DNA of 64,000 nucleotides, taken from NCBI RefSeq assembly GCF_009914755.1, contig NC_060930.1; one strand, given 5' to 3'. This document shows positions 13,889 through 29,500 of this stretch, one piece after another (position 1 is the stretch's first letter; every line of letters starts with the position of its first letter). This DNA comes from the human T2T-CHM13v2.0 reference genome, Homo sapiens. Position numbers and translations under genes: made by a program. The notes under the pieces are model-generated. The model made no database searches, was not told the DNA's origin, and worked only from the letters and a program-made list of their open reading frames with translations.

Positions 13889-13942
13889 AAGCCACAGAAG
13901 CTGGTGTCCCACAGGAAGCCACAGAAGCTGGTGTCCCACAGG
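13889..13942 (+). repeat. 27-bp perfect tandem duplication
   Basis: aagccacagaagctggtgtcccacagg x2. Confidence 0.9.
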
Positions 13943-16110
13943 CCTATGGAGTTTCCAGGGAGGACCTCTGCTGATCTAGAAGGTGGCTTCCTGCCTGCTG
14001 AGTGGGAAATCAAGGCTGCCCTTCTTGGTCAGGCTCTCTGAGCACATGCATCATTTACCAGAGCACCAGCGAAAAGCAGAGCAGGAGGCACGAGAGACCT
14101 GCAAGTGCTCTGGACAGGGAGTAAGATTTTCTTCTGATCTCATGAAGCTTAATGGAAAAGCAAACACTTGAAAATTATTTTCTAACCCACATACACCACA
14201 GCAAGGGAACACATTGGCTTCTACAAGTGTCTAGTTGGTGTGACTTCCTGAGATATGGTACCAACGTCGTAACTCACTGGAGAATATTCAGAGGCCCCCT
14301 GAAGGGAGGGAACAAGATCCTTTCTGCTCTTATGCTTAAACCTCTTCTCCCTCACCATCATTGCACTGTGTCTGTGAACATCTGATCACCAGGAAAATAT
14401 GGCCCTGGATTAAGTCCCTAATGGTCAAATTCTTTAGGCAATTTTTCCCCTTTAAAATAATTAACTGTATTAAAGAATCTGAAAAACAGTAAACAGTTCT
14501 GGACATGTGGCCTGTGGAGGATGAAAGAAATGAAGGTTCCTTCTACTGGGGAGGCTTTTGGAGACTACCCTGAAATTGGAACACATCGAGTATCTGGAAG
14601 GAAGACCCTAAGGCTCCTGCATTTTGCATGTTGATGGCCGTTGTGTTATGACGTTTTTTTCTGCTCACTTCCTTTTGTTTCTGGAGGTTTGTGCACCCCT
14701 GTGGCCCTGGGATCAGTGAAGGAACAGATCTCTGGAGTTTCCAAGTTCTTTTCTAACCATCCTTAGCTTTATTGAGCTAGGGACACAAAAGGACAAGGCG
14801 ATGGGAGCAGGAGCTCATCTGTGCACATTAACTTCTTGCCCAGTGAAGGCCCCAAAGCAAAGTTTAGCCCCACACTGATGTGAGGAAACCTAATTTCACC
14901 CACAAAGAGCCCATGGCCAGCTGACAGGTCAGGGAGGGTTTGTCTTGCTGTGCATGGAGGATCCTGCCAGAGGCGTCCGGCTGAGGTTGTCTCTCTTCAG
15001 TGACGTGATCAGACACCTAAGGATTCAGGGCAGGTGCCAAGCCCTGCTGCCCCAGTTGGCTGATGCCTGACGTCTTCACGATGACGCTGGCATGCGGCCA
15101 ACAAGGAGCACTCGGGGACATAATTCATAAGAGAGCAGCATGCATCTATGTTGACAGAATCGGAGCACTCTGCTCTTCCCAGTCTCTTCAGGTTTAAAAG
15201 GGTCTCTCCCCATTAAAGTCTTATTTGAAGTCTAGACTTTAGTCTAAACTTATATATAAAGATTTTAAAGGTTTGTTTGAAGTATAGATAAAGTATAACT
15301 GTAAGCTCATGGGACCTGCTGCTGGAGAGTGGAATGGAATGGAGATTTCTCACAAATGAGAATCAGCTCTGGGTCAGAACTCCCACCATGGTAGCTTGAG
15401 CCCACTCTCTAGACTGACAGCAGCAGGAGGAGGCAATACTGGAAGAAAAAAAAGGGAGGAATGAGCTCCTCACTCGGTAGCAATACAACAATACTGAAGG
15501 TATTATTATTTGTACATCAATTGAAAAGAATAGGAAAAGGAGACTGACTAGTTGCTTAAATTCAATAGTTTTCTATGCTATGGCACACCAGAAAATATCC
15601 CAGATGAATTAAAAGACTCACTTTTTAAAACCTAGTGAAAACAGAGAATTATATTTTATTAGTATAGTTTGAAGAAAGCCTTCAACCTATACTAATAAAA
15701 TATAGAAGAAACAAACCCAGGAGTAACAAAGGAAAATACTGGCAAACTTCATCACATACACACTTAAAACCACCCTATGAGAAAAGCCCACATAAATGAA
15801 GTTTCTTTTAAGGTGTCTACTTGAATAAAATATTTGCAAAGTATTTAAGAGGTTAAAAATTAATATGAATAATATATAAATGAATTATTCAAACTGACAA
15901 GAAAAAGACAACTCAACAGAAAAATGGGCAAAAAAAAAAACCACAGGCAATTCATAGAAGACAGACAAGATACAAATATATACACAAACATACACATACA
16001 CATTTATTTTCCAACCTCCTCCTCAACTGTTAGTAAGGGGAAGGCAAGTTTGAGCAAAATAAACAAGTATGCTCATTACTTATAGTAGCTGTGTTTTGTA
16101 AAGTCACTGC

Positions 16111-16766
16111 TGTCAACTGAAGAATCACGAGGTTCATACATTTGGAGAGGAGAGCTTTATTTCTGACAAAGGATTGCACCCTGCAGGCTGGCCATCTTGC
16201 AGGCTAGGAAGCAGAAACCAAAAGCAGGCACTTTGAGGGCGGAAAGGCTGGAACAGGGATTTATGCCAAATGGGTTGGCTAAGTACATGTATCTAACAGG
16301 TTATTCATGATGGATGGATGCATGCATAGAGAGCAAACATGCATGCATGTCCGTCCACATTCAATCTGGGGTGAGCACTTAACGTTTAAATGCACTAAAA
16401 TTAGGTCTGTATGTAGAAGATGAAATGGAGGGCGCAGAGGCATCCCGTGTGCAGCCACTGTACACCGGCCAGAAGCAGTCCACGGTCGGTGGTCTCTTAT
16501 CAGGAAGGAATGCTGGTTCGTCACTGTGTCAAAACCACGGAAGGGGAGTCTGGCAAGTCTTTGGAAAGGGCTGTGGCTTCTGATTGACCCTCGCGTAAGG
16601 AAGTCTAATGGCGATTAGCGAGGGAGGGGGTATAACAAGGCGTGTCCAAACTCCCCATTCCATCATGGCCAGGAACTCAGCTTTTAAAATTTCTCTGGCG
16701 CCCCCTTGGCCAACAAGGAGTCCATTCAGTCAGCTCAGGGGCTTAGGATGTCATTTTTCTTTTTCA
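16111..16766 (-). mobile_element. Solo ERV1-class LTR (MER83-like)
   Basis: Bounded by TG...CA, carries the AATAAA complement (tttatt) near the left end, and the host transposon resumes immediately after it. Subfamily is tentative. Confidence 0.6.
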
Positions 16767-17134
16767 GCACGAACATTGAATTAGTGAACAGTGAACCATC
16801 GCTCATGGAGGAAAGACCGCGTTAGGTTCCCGTGAGCCTCAGGACACAGCATCACCCCATCAATATACAACCTTGTTTTATGTATGTTTCTGTTTAAAGA
16901 CACCTTACTTAGTATATATTGTAGAGTAAGTAACATGACCAACGGCACTGTAACTCATGTCTGAATGAAGCTTATCTAATGCGTGTTTTCTCCGAAAGGC
17001 ACCTCACAGCCTTCTTGCTCTCAGGAACGCTAAGCAGCACTTCCGCACTGTGCTTGAGGCTATTTTAAACAGTGAAATCACCAACAAAAAGCATAAAAAT
17101 GCGGCGAAAAAAGTGGCACTAAATAAACTGTGAA

Positions 17135-17274
17135 TGTAGTCCCAGCTACAAGGGAGGCTGAGGGTTCATGCCGGGAGGCGGAGCTTGCGGTGAGGCAAGA
17201 CTGCGCCACTGCACTCTGGCCTGGGCCAAAGAGCGAGACTCCGTCTCAAAAAATAAAATAAAATAAAAAATAAA
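17135..17274 (+). mobile_element. 5'-truncated Alu right arm (AluY-like) with 14-bp TSD
   Basis: tgtagtcccagctac...gcggagcttgc...gagactccgtctc plus A-tail; TSD aaataaactgtgaa at 17121-17134 and 17275-17288. Confidence 0.9.
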
Positions 17275-17335
17275 AAATAAACTGTGAAAAGAAAACAGTT
17301 GCTTACAGTATGAGTTAAAACCAGAAGGCCGAGCA

Positions 17336-19369
17336 TCACCTCATTCAGCTGGGAGCATGTGCACTGAAGACAAACTTTCGCCTCATTCAGCTGGGAGCAT
17401 GTGCACTGAAGACAAACTTTCACTCATTCAGCTGGAAGCATGTGCTCTGAAGACAAACTTTCACTCATTCAACTGGAAGCATGTGCACTGAAGACAAACT
17501 TTCACCTCATTCATCTTGGAGCATGTGCACTGGAGATAAACTTTCACTCATTCAGCTGGAAGCATGTGCTCTGAAGACAAACTTTCCCCTCATTCAGCTG
17601 GGAGCATGTGCACTGAAGACAAACTTTCACTCATTCAGCTGGAAGCATGTGCACTGAAGACAAACTTTCACTCATTCAGCTGGGAGCATGTGCTCTGAAG
17701 ACAAACTTTCGCCTCATTCATCTGGGAACATGTGCACTGAAGACAAACTTTCACTCATTCAGCTGGGAGCATGTGCTCTGAAGACAAACTTTCACTCATT
17801 CAGCTGGAAGCATGTGCACTGAAGACAAACTTTCGCCTCATTCATCTGGGAGCATGTGCACTGAAGACAAACTTTCACTCATTCAGCTGGGAGCATGTGC
17901 TCTGAAGACAAACTTTCACTCATTCAGCTGGAAGCATGTGCTCTGAAGACAAACTTTCACTCATTCAGCTGGAAGCATGTGCTCTGAAGACAAACTCACT
18001 CATTCAGCTGGAAGCATGTGCTCTGAAGACAAACTTTCACTCATTCAGCTGGAAGCATGTGCTCTGAAGACAAACTTTCACTCATTCAGCTGGAAGCATG
18101 TGCTCTGAAGACAAACTTTCCCCTCATTCAGCTGGGAGCATGTGCACTGAAGACAAACTTTCACTCATTCAGCTGGGAGCATGTGCACTGAAGACAAACT
18201 TTCACTCATTCAGCTGGGAGCATGTGCACTGAAGACAAACTTTCGCCTCATTCATCTGGGAGCATGTGCACTGAAGACAAACTTTCACTCATTCAGCTGG
18301 GAGCATGTGCTCTGAAGACAAACTTTCACTCATTCAGCTGGAAGCATGTGCACTGAAGACAAACTTTCGCCTCATTCATCTGGGAGCATGTGCACTGAAG
18401 ACAAACTTTCACTCATTCAGCTGGAAGCATGTGCTCTGAAGACAAACTTTCACTCATTCAGCTGGAAGCATGTGCTCTGAAGACAAACTTTCACTCATTC
18501 AGCTGGAAGCATGTGCACTGAAGACAAACTTTCACTCATTCAGCTGGAAGCATGTGCTCTGAAGACAAACTTTCGCCTCATTCATCTGGGAGCATGTGCT
18601 CTGAAGACAAACTTTCGCCTCATTCATCTGGGAGCATGTGCTCTGAAGACAAACTTTCCCCTCATTCAGCTGGGAGCATGTGCACTGAAGACAAACTTTC
18701 ACTCATTCAGCTGGGAGCATGTGCACTGAAGACAAACTTTCACTCATTCAGCTGGGAGCATGTGCTCTGAAGACAAACTTTTACTCATTCAGCTGGAAGC
18801 ATGTGCACTGAAGACAAACTTTCACCTCATTCATCTTGGAGCATGTGCACTGAAGACAAACTTTCACTCATTCAGCTGGAAGCATGTGCACTGAAGACAA
18901 ACTTTCACCTCATTCAGCTGGAAGCATGTGCTCTGAAGACAAACTTTCACTCATTCATCTGGGAGCATGTGCACTGAAGACAAACTTTCGCCTCATTCAG
19001 CTGGGAGCATGTGCACTGAAGACAAACTTTCACTCATTCAGCTGGAAGCATGTGCTCTGAAGACAAACTTTCACTCATTCAGCTGGAAGCATGTGCTCTG
19101 AAGACAAACTTTCACCTCATTCATCTTGGAGCATGTGCTCTGAAGACAAACTTTCGCCTCATTCAGCTGGAAGCATGTGCTCTGAAGACAAACTTTCACT
19201 CATTCAGCTGGAAGCATGTGCTCTGAAGACAAACTTTCACCTCATTCATCTTGGAGCATGTGCTCTGAAGACAAACTTTCGCCTCATTCAGCTGGAAGCA
19301 TGTGCTCTGAAGACAAACTTTCACCTCATGCAGCTGGGGGCATGTGCTCTGAAGACACAAACTTTTCAC
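17336..19369 (+). repeat. 41/42-bp minisatellite (VNTR), ~49 copies
   Basis: Unit CTCATTCAGCTGG(G/A)AGCATGTGC(A/T)CTGAAGACAAACTTTC(A/GC); very high identity. Confidence 0.97.
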
Positions 19370-20300
19370 TTCTCTGTGCACTTGAGAGGGTTGATTTGAG
19401 GGTTACCAATAAATGTTGGTGAGTAGGTAGATTCACAAATAAGAAATCCATGAATAATGAGGGTCAACTAGAGAGAGAGGGAAAGACCTCGCGTGTGGAG
19501 AGAAAAAAAATGTGAATATTTGCACCCCAAAGCTTGCCCAGTAGAAGCTGTCAGCCCTTTACTGCGCTTCTCCCTTACATCATGTTTGTTTCAAGCACTG
19601 GGGCAGAAACACTGAGACCACGTTGCTGCCTCAGAGGGTTTATTATAATGGAGGAGTCAGATTATACTCAAGTGAACAAATAATTACAGGTTGTGCTTTT
19701 TCTAGAACAAAATAATCAGGTTGCTCTGAAAAAGAATACTCAGGCTAGCTGAGAGAGATGTAACCTGTGCTGGAGAACTGAGGGAAGCCGTTGCCAACAG
19801 TGTGGAGAAGGGAGAGGGGGCCAGGCTGCCAGCAGCCTGTGGCACGGTGGCTGGAGAAGCCAGCTATGGGCCTATTTGGTTCTGGGGAGAGTAGTGGGGC
19901 TGTATGTGAGTGGTTAGTGGAATTTTCACTCTTTATATAACTGTGGGGTATTTTTAATGAAAATATTAATATATTTACATTGCAGAGTATAAATGAAAAT
20001 ATTTAAAATAACAAAGCAAAGCATTTTCCAGTTTCTTTAAGGGTGGCCTCGTGGTCCTTATTGACATAATAGGGAGAGCTTGTTAGCTGTCCATCTCTCA
20101 TCTGGACACCACAGCAGCCTCTGTACCATTATCACTCTTACTAGCACTATCCTGGACCACTCCCCACAGCAACCAGGATAACAGCTGGCTGTGTGGCTCC
20201 TTTCTCTGACTGTCTTGTGGTCTTGAGATAAAAGGTCATCATCTGTCACATGCTCCCCAAGGCCCAAAAGGAGCTGCCTCTGCAAGCCTTCCCCACTCAC

Positions 20301-20435
20301 TGCGCGTTCACGCCGTGGGAGCTGCACGCGCTCACTCTGCTCCGCTGCGCGTTCACGCCGTGTGAGCTGCGGGCGCTCCCTCTGCTCTGCTGCGCGTTCA
20401 CGCCGTGTGAGCTGCGTGTGCTCACTCTGCCCTGC
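20301..20435 (+). repeat. CpG-rich 45-bp tandem repeat, 3 copies
   Basis: tgcgcgttcacgccgtg(g/t)gagctgc... starting at 20301, 20346 and 20391. Confidence 0.9.
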
Positions 20436-20602
20436 TGCATGCGTGGCTTTCTCTGCTCTGCATTCTTGTCTGGCACCCTCTCCTGGGGGCCCCTTCCCTG
20501 TCACTTCTCCTGCTCTTCCCAAAGCAGTCAACGGAAAATTGACTATTTATACACAAGTGCCCAGTTACAGATTGGTGTAAGCCTTTGATCCATCTTAATC
20601 AG

Positions 20603-20945
20603 CAGCCATAAAAAAGAATGAAATCACATCCTTTGCAACAACATGGATGCAGCTGGAGGCCACTATGCTAAGTGAACTAACTCAGAAAGAGAAAATCAAA
20701 CACTGCTTGTTCTTGATTATAAATGGGAGCTAACAACAATGGGTACACATGGACATAGAGATGGAAATAATAGACACTGGGAGCTCCAAAAGTTGGGAGG
20801 TTGGGAGGGGAGTGAGTGTTGAAAAATTAGCTGTCAGTTACAATGTTCACTATTTGGGTAATGGGCACACTACAAGCCCTGTGCCCGCCAGCATGCAGTA
20901 TACCCATGTGACAAACATGCACATGTTCCTCAATCTAAAATAAAA
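20603..20945 (+). mobile_element. L1 3'-end fragment (L1PB-like)
   Basis: cagccataaaaaagaatgaaat...gggtacacatggacatagagatggaaataatagacactgg...aatctaaaataaaa. Confidence 0.8.
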
Positions 20946-21739
20946 CCAATGCAAATGCACGCCGACATGTGATTGACTAACTTATTCTACTAGACTGTGG
21001 GCTATATCACTTGAGGTCTGTCATTTGTACTGTGGGGTTTACATCAATGATAGAATCTTTAACTTTCTAGTTCAACACTTTTACCAAAGCAACATACTTT
21101 CACAAGTTTGACAGTCTCAAATTATTGCCAAAATTTTGCCACCCAGACTCGGATTTCAGAATATGTCTGAATTCATACATTCATTACCAAAATTGTAGAT
21201 ATATATTAACATCATGGGAAACTGAGAAAAATTATAGCTCAGTCATTTCCTCTTGAAACTAAGCTTTACAAAAAGAGAAAAATTTGAGTTCAAATCTAAT
21301 CTAAAATTTGAATTCAAATGGCAGCTGGCAAAAATCGAGTTTTCTTAGCTCTAAGAATCTCTTCTTATACTACGACTACAATGCTTGAAATGTGCAACCT
21401 CTTTGAGCTGGGGCAGTCTGGCTATGGAGACAGGGCAGTCTCCACTCTACCTGTCCCGAACACTGGATCATGTGCGGCCTCATCACCTGCATTCTGATGG
21501 CCAGTGAGCATCACTCTCATTTTCCTGCAGGTGCGGTGGGGGTTGTGGGTACTTCGCATCCTCAGTAAGAGAAGACCATGTATGAACTATGAAGCCAATG
21601 ATCATTGAGACCTCCAATACCTTTCATTCTAAAAAGTCCTTAAGAAGGTGGGATCAGTTAGGCAAGAAAATACCGCCACAACACAAAAGTTTAGACGTGT
21701 GAAACAGTGAAGGAACTTGAGTGTTAGAGTTACAAATAG

Positions 21740-23700
21740 TTTGTTAAGAATATTTATTGAATGCCTATTATACACTTGATACTATGTAGATGCTGGGAAT
21801 ACACTGATATATGGAACACATAGTTTCTTCCCACATGGAATTTATCATCTATTGTCCGAGAGAGATCAAGGAAATTAAAAACTAATAAAAATGCAAATGG
21901 AGTAATGTTATAAAGGAGACAAACAGGCTAGGCCACAGTGAACAATGGAGTATGGAACCTATTTCTTCTTAAAAGGAGGACTAGGAAGGTTGCTCTTTGG
22001 AGGCGCAACAAGTACTGACAGGTGAGAATGAGGAGCCATGCATGAATGAGCATGCAAGGTTGACACACCAAACTGGCCAAAGCCACTGAGAGAAAATAAC
22101 TCTATAGGTTCAAGGGAAAAAATGAGGTCAGGGGAGCTGGAGGACGGTGGTCAGTGGGAGAGGGGCATGAAATGAGGGAGGAGAGGCGGCTGAGGGGGAA
22201 ACACACACAGAGACCACACATGCATTAACTACCTGCAGGAGGGACACACACACACACGCAAAAACCACATATGGATGATTCACCTGGAGGGGATGCACAC
22301 ACAGAGACCACATGTGGATGAGCCATGTGGAGGGTACACACACACACAGGGGCCGCACATGGACAACCCATGTGGATGAGCAACACAACACAATGGAGAA
22401 ATTGGTATGATTCCATATGCTTTAAGAAGGTCATTCTGGCTGTTTGGTGAGATTGGTGGGGGAATAGCTAGATAAATTAGTGCAGTGGCTATCCGAATGG
22501 CCCAGACCTGTGCAGATGATAAGTTAAATGATGGTTACTGAAGACGACAAGATGTGGTTGAGTCTGAGATATGTATGGTAGGTAGAACTGACAAGATCTG
22601 TACTGGACTAGATGTAAGGAATGAAAGGAAAGCCATTCAGGTCTATAGTGTGAGCAACTGATGAAAGGGCACATGAAGAAGACTCCTGGATGAACAGATT
22701 GTAGGAAAAGCTGGATACCAACATTCACTTTGGGACATGTTTCTATTGGAGAATCTCAGTAGTGATGTTATAGTCATTGAATATTTTAGTCTAGGATTCA
22801 AAGGATAGGTTTAGTCCAGAAATATAAATTTAGGACTGATCAGCATATAGATGACATTTAGTATCATGGGGCTGGTTGAAAAGCTAGGGAGAGAGTGGAA
22901 GGAGACTGAGCCTTGAGAAATGGCCACAACTAGAAGTTGGCTAGAGAAAAAGAAAGTGTACAGAAAACTGAGTAGCAGCTAATGAAACGGGAGAAAACTT
23001 CAGAGAATGTGGCATCACCAAAGCTAAGAGAATAGACTGTTTCAATCAAGAGAATTATCATGCTATTTGGCCACAAGGAGATCACTTGTACCTTGACAAG
23101 ATCATTTTAGTGTAGTGGGGACAAAAGCCAGATCAGAAAGCAGGAAAGGATGGAAAGAAGTGGGATCAGCATTTATAGACAACATTTATGAGAGGTTTGA
23201 CTATGAAAAGAATTAGCTAGAGGGTACAATAGCTAGAGGGTAATTAGGGAACAAGGGAGGCTCTCTTATTTCTTTATAATGGGAGGTAATAAAGCATATT
23301 AGTTACTGGTGAGGATGATTAAATACTAATGAAAGATCAATAGCACACAACAGAAAGGAAAAGAAAGAAGTTCTAGACAATGACCCCATGAGAGGGAATG
23401 GGATCAAAATCTCCTGTGAAGGGTTTGATTTTTGTTAGTAGGGGAGACCTTCTCCAGTTTTATCTGGATGGAATAAAGAGCAAAAGGTGCAGGTAGAATT
23501 ACAGATTTGGGAGTGAGAATACGAAGGAGGTCTATTATGATATTATAACTTGTTTCAGTAGAGTATCAAGCTATATGGACAGTACTTAAGTGAAAGATGA
23601 AGCTGAAAAGATAGGCAGGGGTTATATCATACAGGGCCTTACCTGCCATGGTAAGGAGTGTTTTAGGTGCTAGGAAGCTTTTTAAAAACCAATGAAGGTA
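21740..23700 (-). mobile_element. Degraded L2 LINE fragments
   Basis: L2-type motifs tatttattgaatgcctatta, aaggtcattctggctg, aaatataaatttagga and aggggttatatcatacagggcctt; boundaries are approximate. Confidence 0.5.
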
Positions 23701-23927
23701 TAATAATAAGAAAACAAATGACCCATTATAAAAATGATTTAAAACATAATTAGTCATTAGGGAAATACAAATTGAAACCACAATGTAATATTACTGTACA
23801 CCTAGCAAAATGGCTTTAATAAAACTCTGACAATGTCACATGTTGATGGGAGAGTGAAACAACAAGGACTGCTAACACTGGCAGATATATTAATTATTAT
23901 ATGACAACGATTTTAGACCAACCATCA

Positions 23928-26550
<2,623 letters not shown>

Positions 26551-29500
26551 GCTTGTGCTTGCCATTGGTGGACCTGTAGGCAGACCTGCCCAGTCCAGGC
26601 CTGCCCACTGTGGCCCCCATTCCACCCCCTAGGGCTGAGCAGGGAGCTCAGACCACTGTGCAATCCAGAATCACCCCATTGCCTGAGGCAACGGTAAGCT
26701 TCGGCCACTAAAGAAGGATCAAGTATAGACCCAGCCACGTTGGCTGCTGCTGGCTCTTACCTATAAGTGCCATCTACTGGATTGTAGGTCGAACTGCACA
26801 GCCCAATATAAAAGCTGAAAGAAGTGCACAGGGCTATAGAAATAAAGCCAAAAGACCCTACCCAGCATTCTCTACAGTTGCACCCCTAGGGAGGGGGTAA
26901 AGGGAAAAGGAAAGAAAACTAATAATACTACTATAGTAAAAGAAAGAAAAAGATAAGAATCCTGGATGAAAATATTCACAAAAATTAGAAGTGTCAACAT
27001 CTCCAGATGAGAAGGAACCAGCACAAGAATTATGACACCATGAAAAATTTGAATATAGTGATTCCACCAAAGAATTGAACTAGCTTTCCAGCAATGATCT
27101 ATAACCAAAATGGAAACTCAAAAATGACACATAAAGAATTCAAAGCATGGATTGCAAGGAAGCTGAATGAAATCTAAGACAAGGTTGAAAATCAACACAA
27201 AGAAACTTTCAAAGCAATCCACGAAATGAAGAAAGAGACAAACATCTTCCAAAGGGGGAAATCAATTAGACCTTCTGGAATTGAAAACTCACTTAAGAAA
27301 TTTTAAAAATACAATTGAAAGTTTTATCAATAGACTGGACCAAGCAGAAGAAAGAATTGCAGAGCTTGAAGACCAGTCTTTTGAACTAACCCAGTCATAC
27401 GAAAATAAAGAAAAGAGAATTTTTAAAGATGAACAACATCTTCAAGAACTAAGAGATTATGCAAATAGACCAAACTTATAAACTATTGGCATTCCTGAGA
27501 GAGGATAAAAAGTAAATAATCTGGAAAACATATTTGAGGGAATCATTCAAGAAAATTTCCGTATTCTTGCTGGAGAAGTAGACATGCAGATACAAGAAAT
27601 CCAGAGAACACCTGTGAGAGACTATACAAAACAAATATCACCAAGGCATAGAGAGTCATGAGACTGTCCAAGGTCAACTCTAAAGAAAAAATCTTAAAGA
27701 TAGCTACAGAAAAAAGTCAAATCACATACAATGGGAACACTATCAAGCTAACAGTGGACTTTTCGGCAGAAACCTCACAAGCCAGGAGAGATTGGGGGCC
27801 TATTTTCAGGATTCTTAAAGAAAAGAAAGTCCAACCAAGAATTTCATATCCCACCAAACTCAGCTAAAAGAAATAAAATATTTTCCCAACCAGCAAGTGC
27901 TAAGAGAATTCATTACCGCTAAACCAGACTTACAAGAGATCCTTAAAGGAGGTCTAAACATGGAAGCAATAGAATGATACTGGCTACCACAAAAGCACAC
28001 TGAAGTACACAGCCTACAGATCCTACAGAGCACCCACACAATAGAAACTACAAAGCAACCAGCTAAGAACTTCACAACATGATTAAAACCTCATATATTA
28101 ATATTCGTGTTGAATGTAAATGGTCTAAACACCCACTCAAAAGACACAGAGTGGAAAGTTGGATTAAAAAACAAGACCCATCTATCTGCTATCTTCAAGA
28201 GACCCATCTCACATGTAACAACACCCATAGGATCAAAGTACAGGGTTAGAGAAAAACCTACCATGCAAATGGAAAACAAAAAAGATTAGGGATCACTATT
28301 CTTATATCAGATAAAGTAGACCTTAAGCCAAACAGTAAAAAAGAACAAAGAAGGGCCATTACATAATGATAAAGAGTTCAATTCAACAGGATTCATAAAA
28401 CAAGTACTTCTAGACAGCCACACAATAATAGTGGGGGACTTCAACACCCCACTATCAGCATTAGACAGATCATAGAGGCAGAAAACTAACCAAGAAATTC
28501 TGGACTTAAATACAACACCTGACCAATTGGACCTAATAGACATCTACAGAATACACCTATCAACCCACAATATACATTCTTTTCATCTTGCACACCAAAC
28601 ATACTGCAAGATCAACTATATTCTTGGCCATAAAGCAAGTCTCAATAAATTCAAAAAAATCAAAATTATACCAACCATACACACAGACCACAGTAGAATA
28701 AAAATAGAAGTCAATACTAAGAAGACCTCTCAAAGCCACACAATTGCATAGAAATCAAACAACTCTATCCTGAATGACTCTTGGGTAAACAATGAAATTA
28801 AGGCAAACACCAGAAAAGTCTTTGAAATAAATAAAAGCAGAGACACAACATACTAAAATCTCTGGGATGTAGCAAAAGCAGTGTTAAGACGAATATTTGC
28901 AGTGCTAAACGTCTACCTCAAAAAGTTAGAAAGATCTCAAATTAACAATTTAACATGACACCTAGAGGAACTATAAAAACAAGAACAAACTAACCCCAAT
29001 GCTAGAAGAAGAAAAGAAATAACTAGAATCAGAGAAGAACAGGATGAAATTGAGACCGAAATATCCATACAAAGAGTCAACTAAACCAAAAGTTTGTTGT
29101 TTGAAAGGATAAACAAGACTGATAGACCACTAGCTAGGTTAACAAAGAAAAAAGGAGAGAAGATCCAAATAGGCACAATCAGAAATGACAAAGGTGACGT
29201 TACACAACCAATCCCACAGAAATACAAAAGATCCTCAGAGACTATTATGAATACCTCTATGCACACAAGCTAGAAAATCTAGAAAAAAAAATAGATAAAT
29301 TCCTGGAAACACAAAATCTCTTAAGATCGAATCAGGGAGAAATTGAAACCCTGAACAGACCAATATTAAGTTCCAAAATTGAATCCATAATTTTAAAACC
29401 TATCAAACAAAAAAGCCCCAGACCAGATGGATTCACAGCTGAATTCTACCAGATGTGCAAAGGAGAGCTAGTACCAATTCTACTGAAAGTGTTCCCAAAA

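Larger units (their letters stand above)
16064..19470 (+). mobile_element. MER82-like TcMar-Tigger DNA transposon fossil, interrupted by an LTR, a truncated Alu and a VNTR
   Basis: Segments 16064-16110, 16767-17134, 17289-17340 and 19370-19470 are collinear with the MER82 consensus as I recall it (gaattagtgaacagtgaacc, ttatgtatgtttctgtttaaagacacctta, atcaccaacaaaaagca, aatccatgaataatgagggtcaac). Degenerate terminal inverted repeats share ctcatta. Confidence 0.75.
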
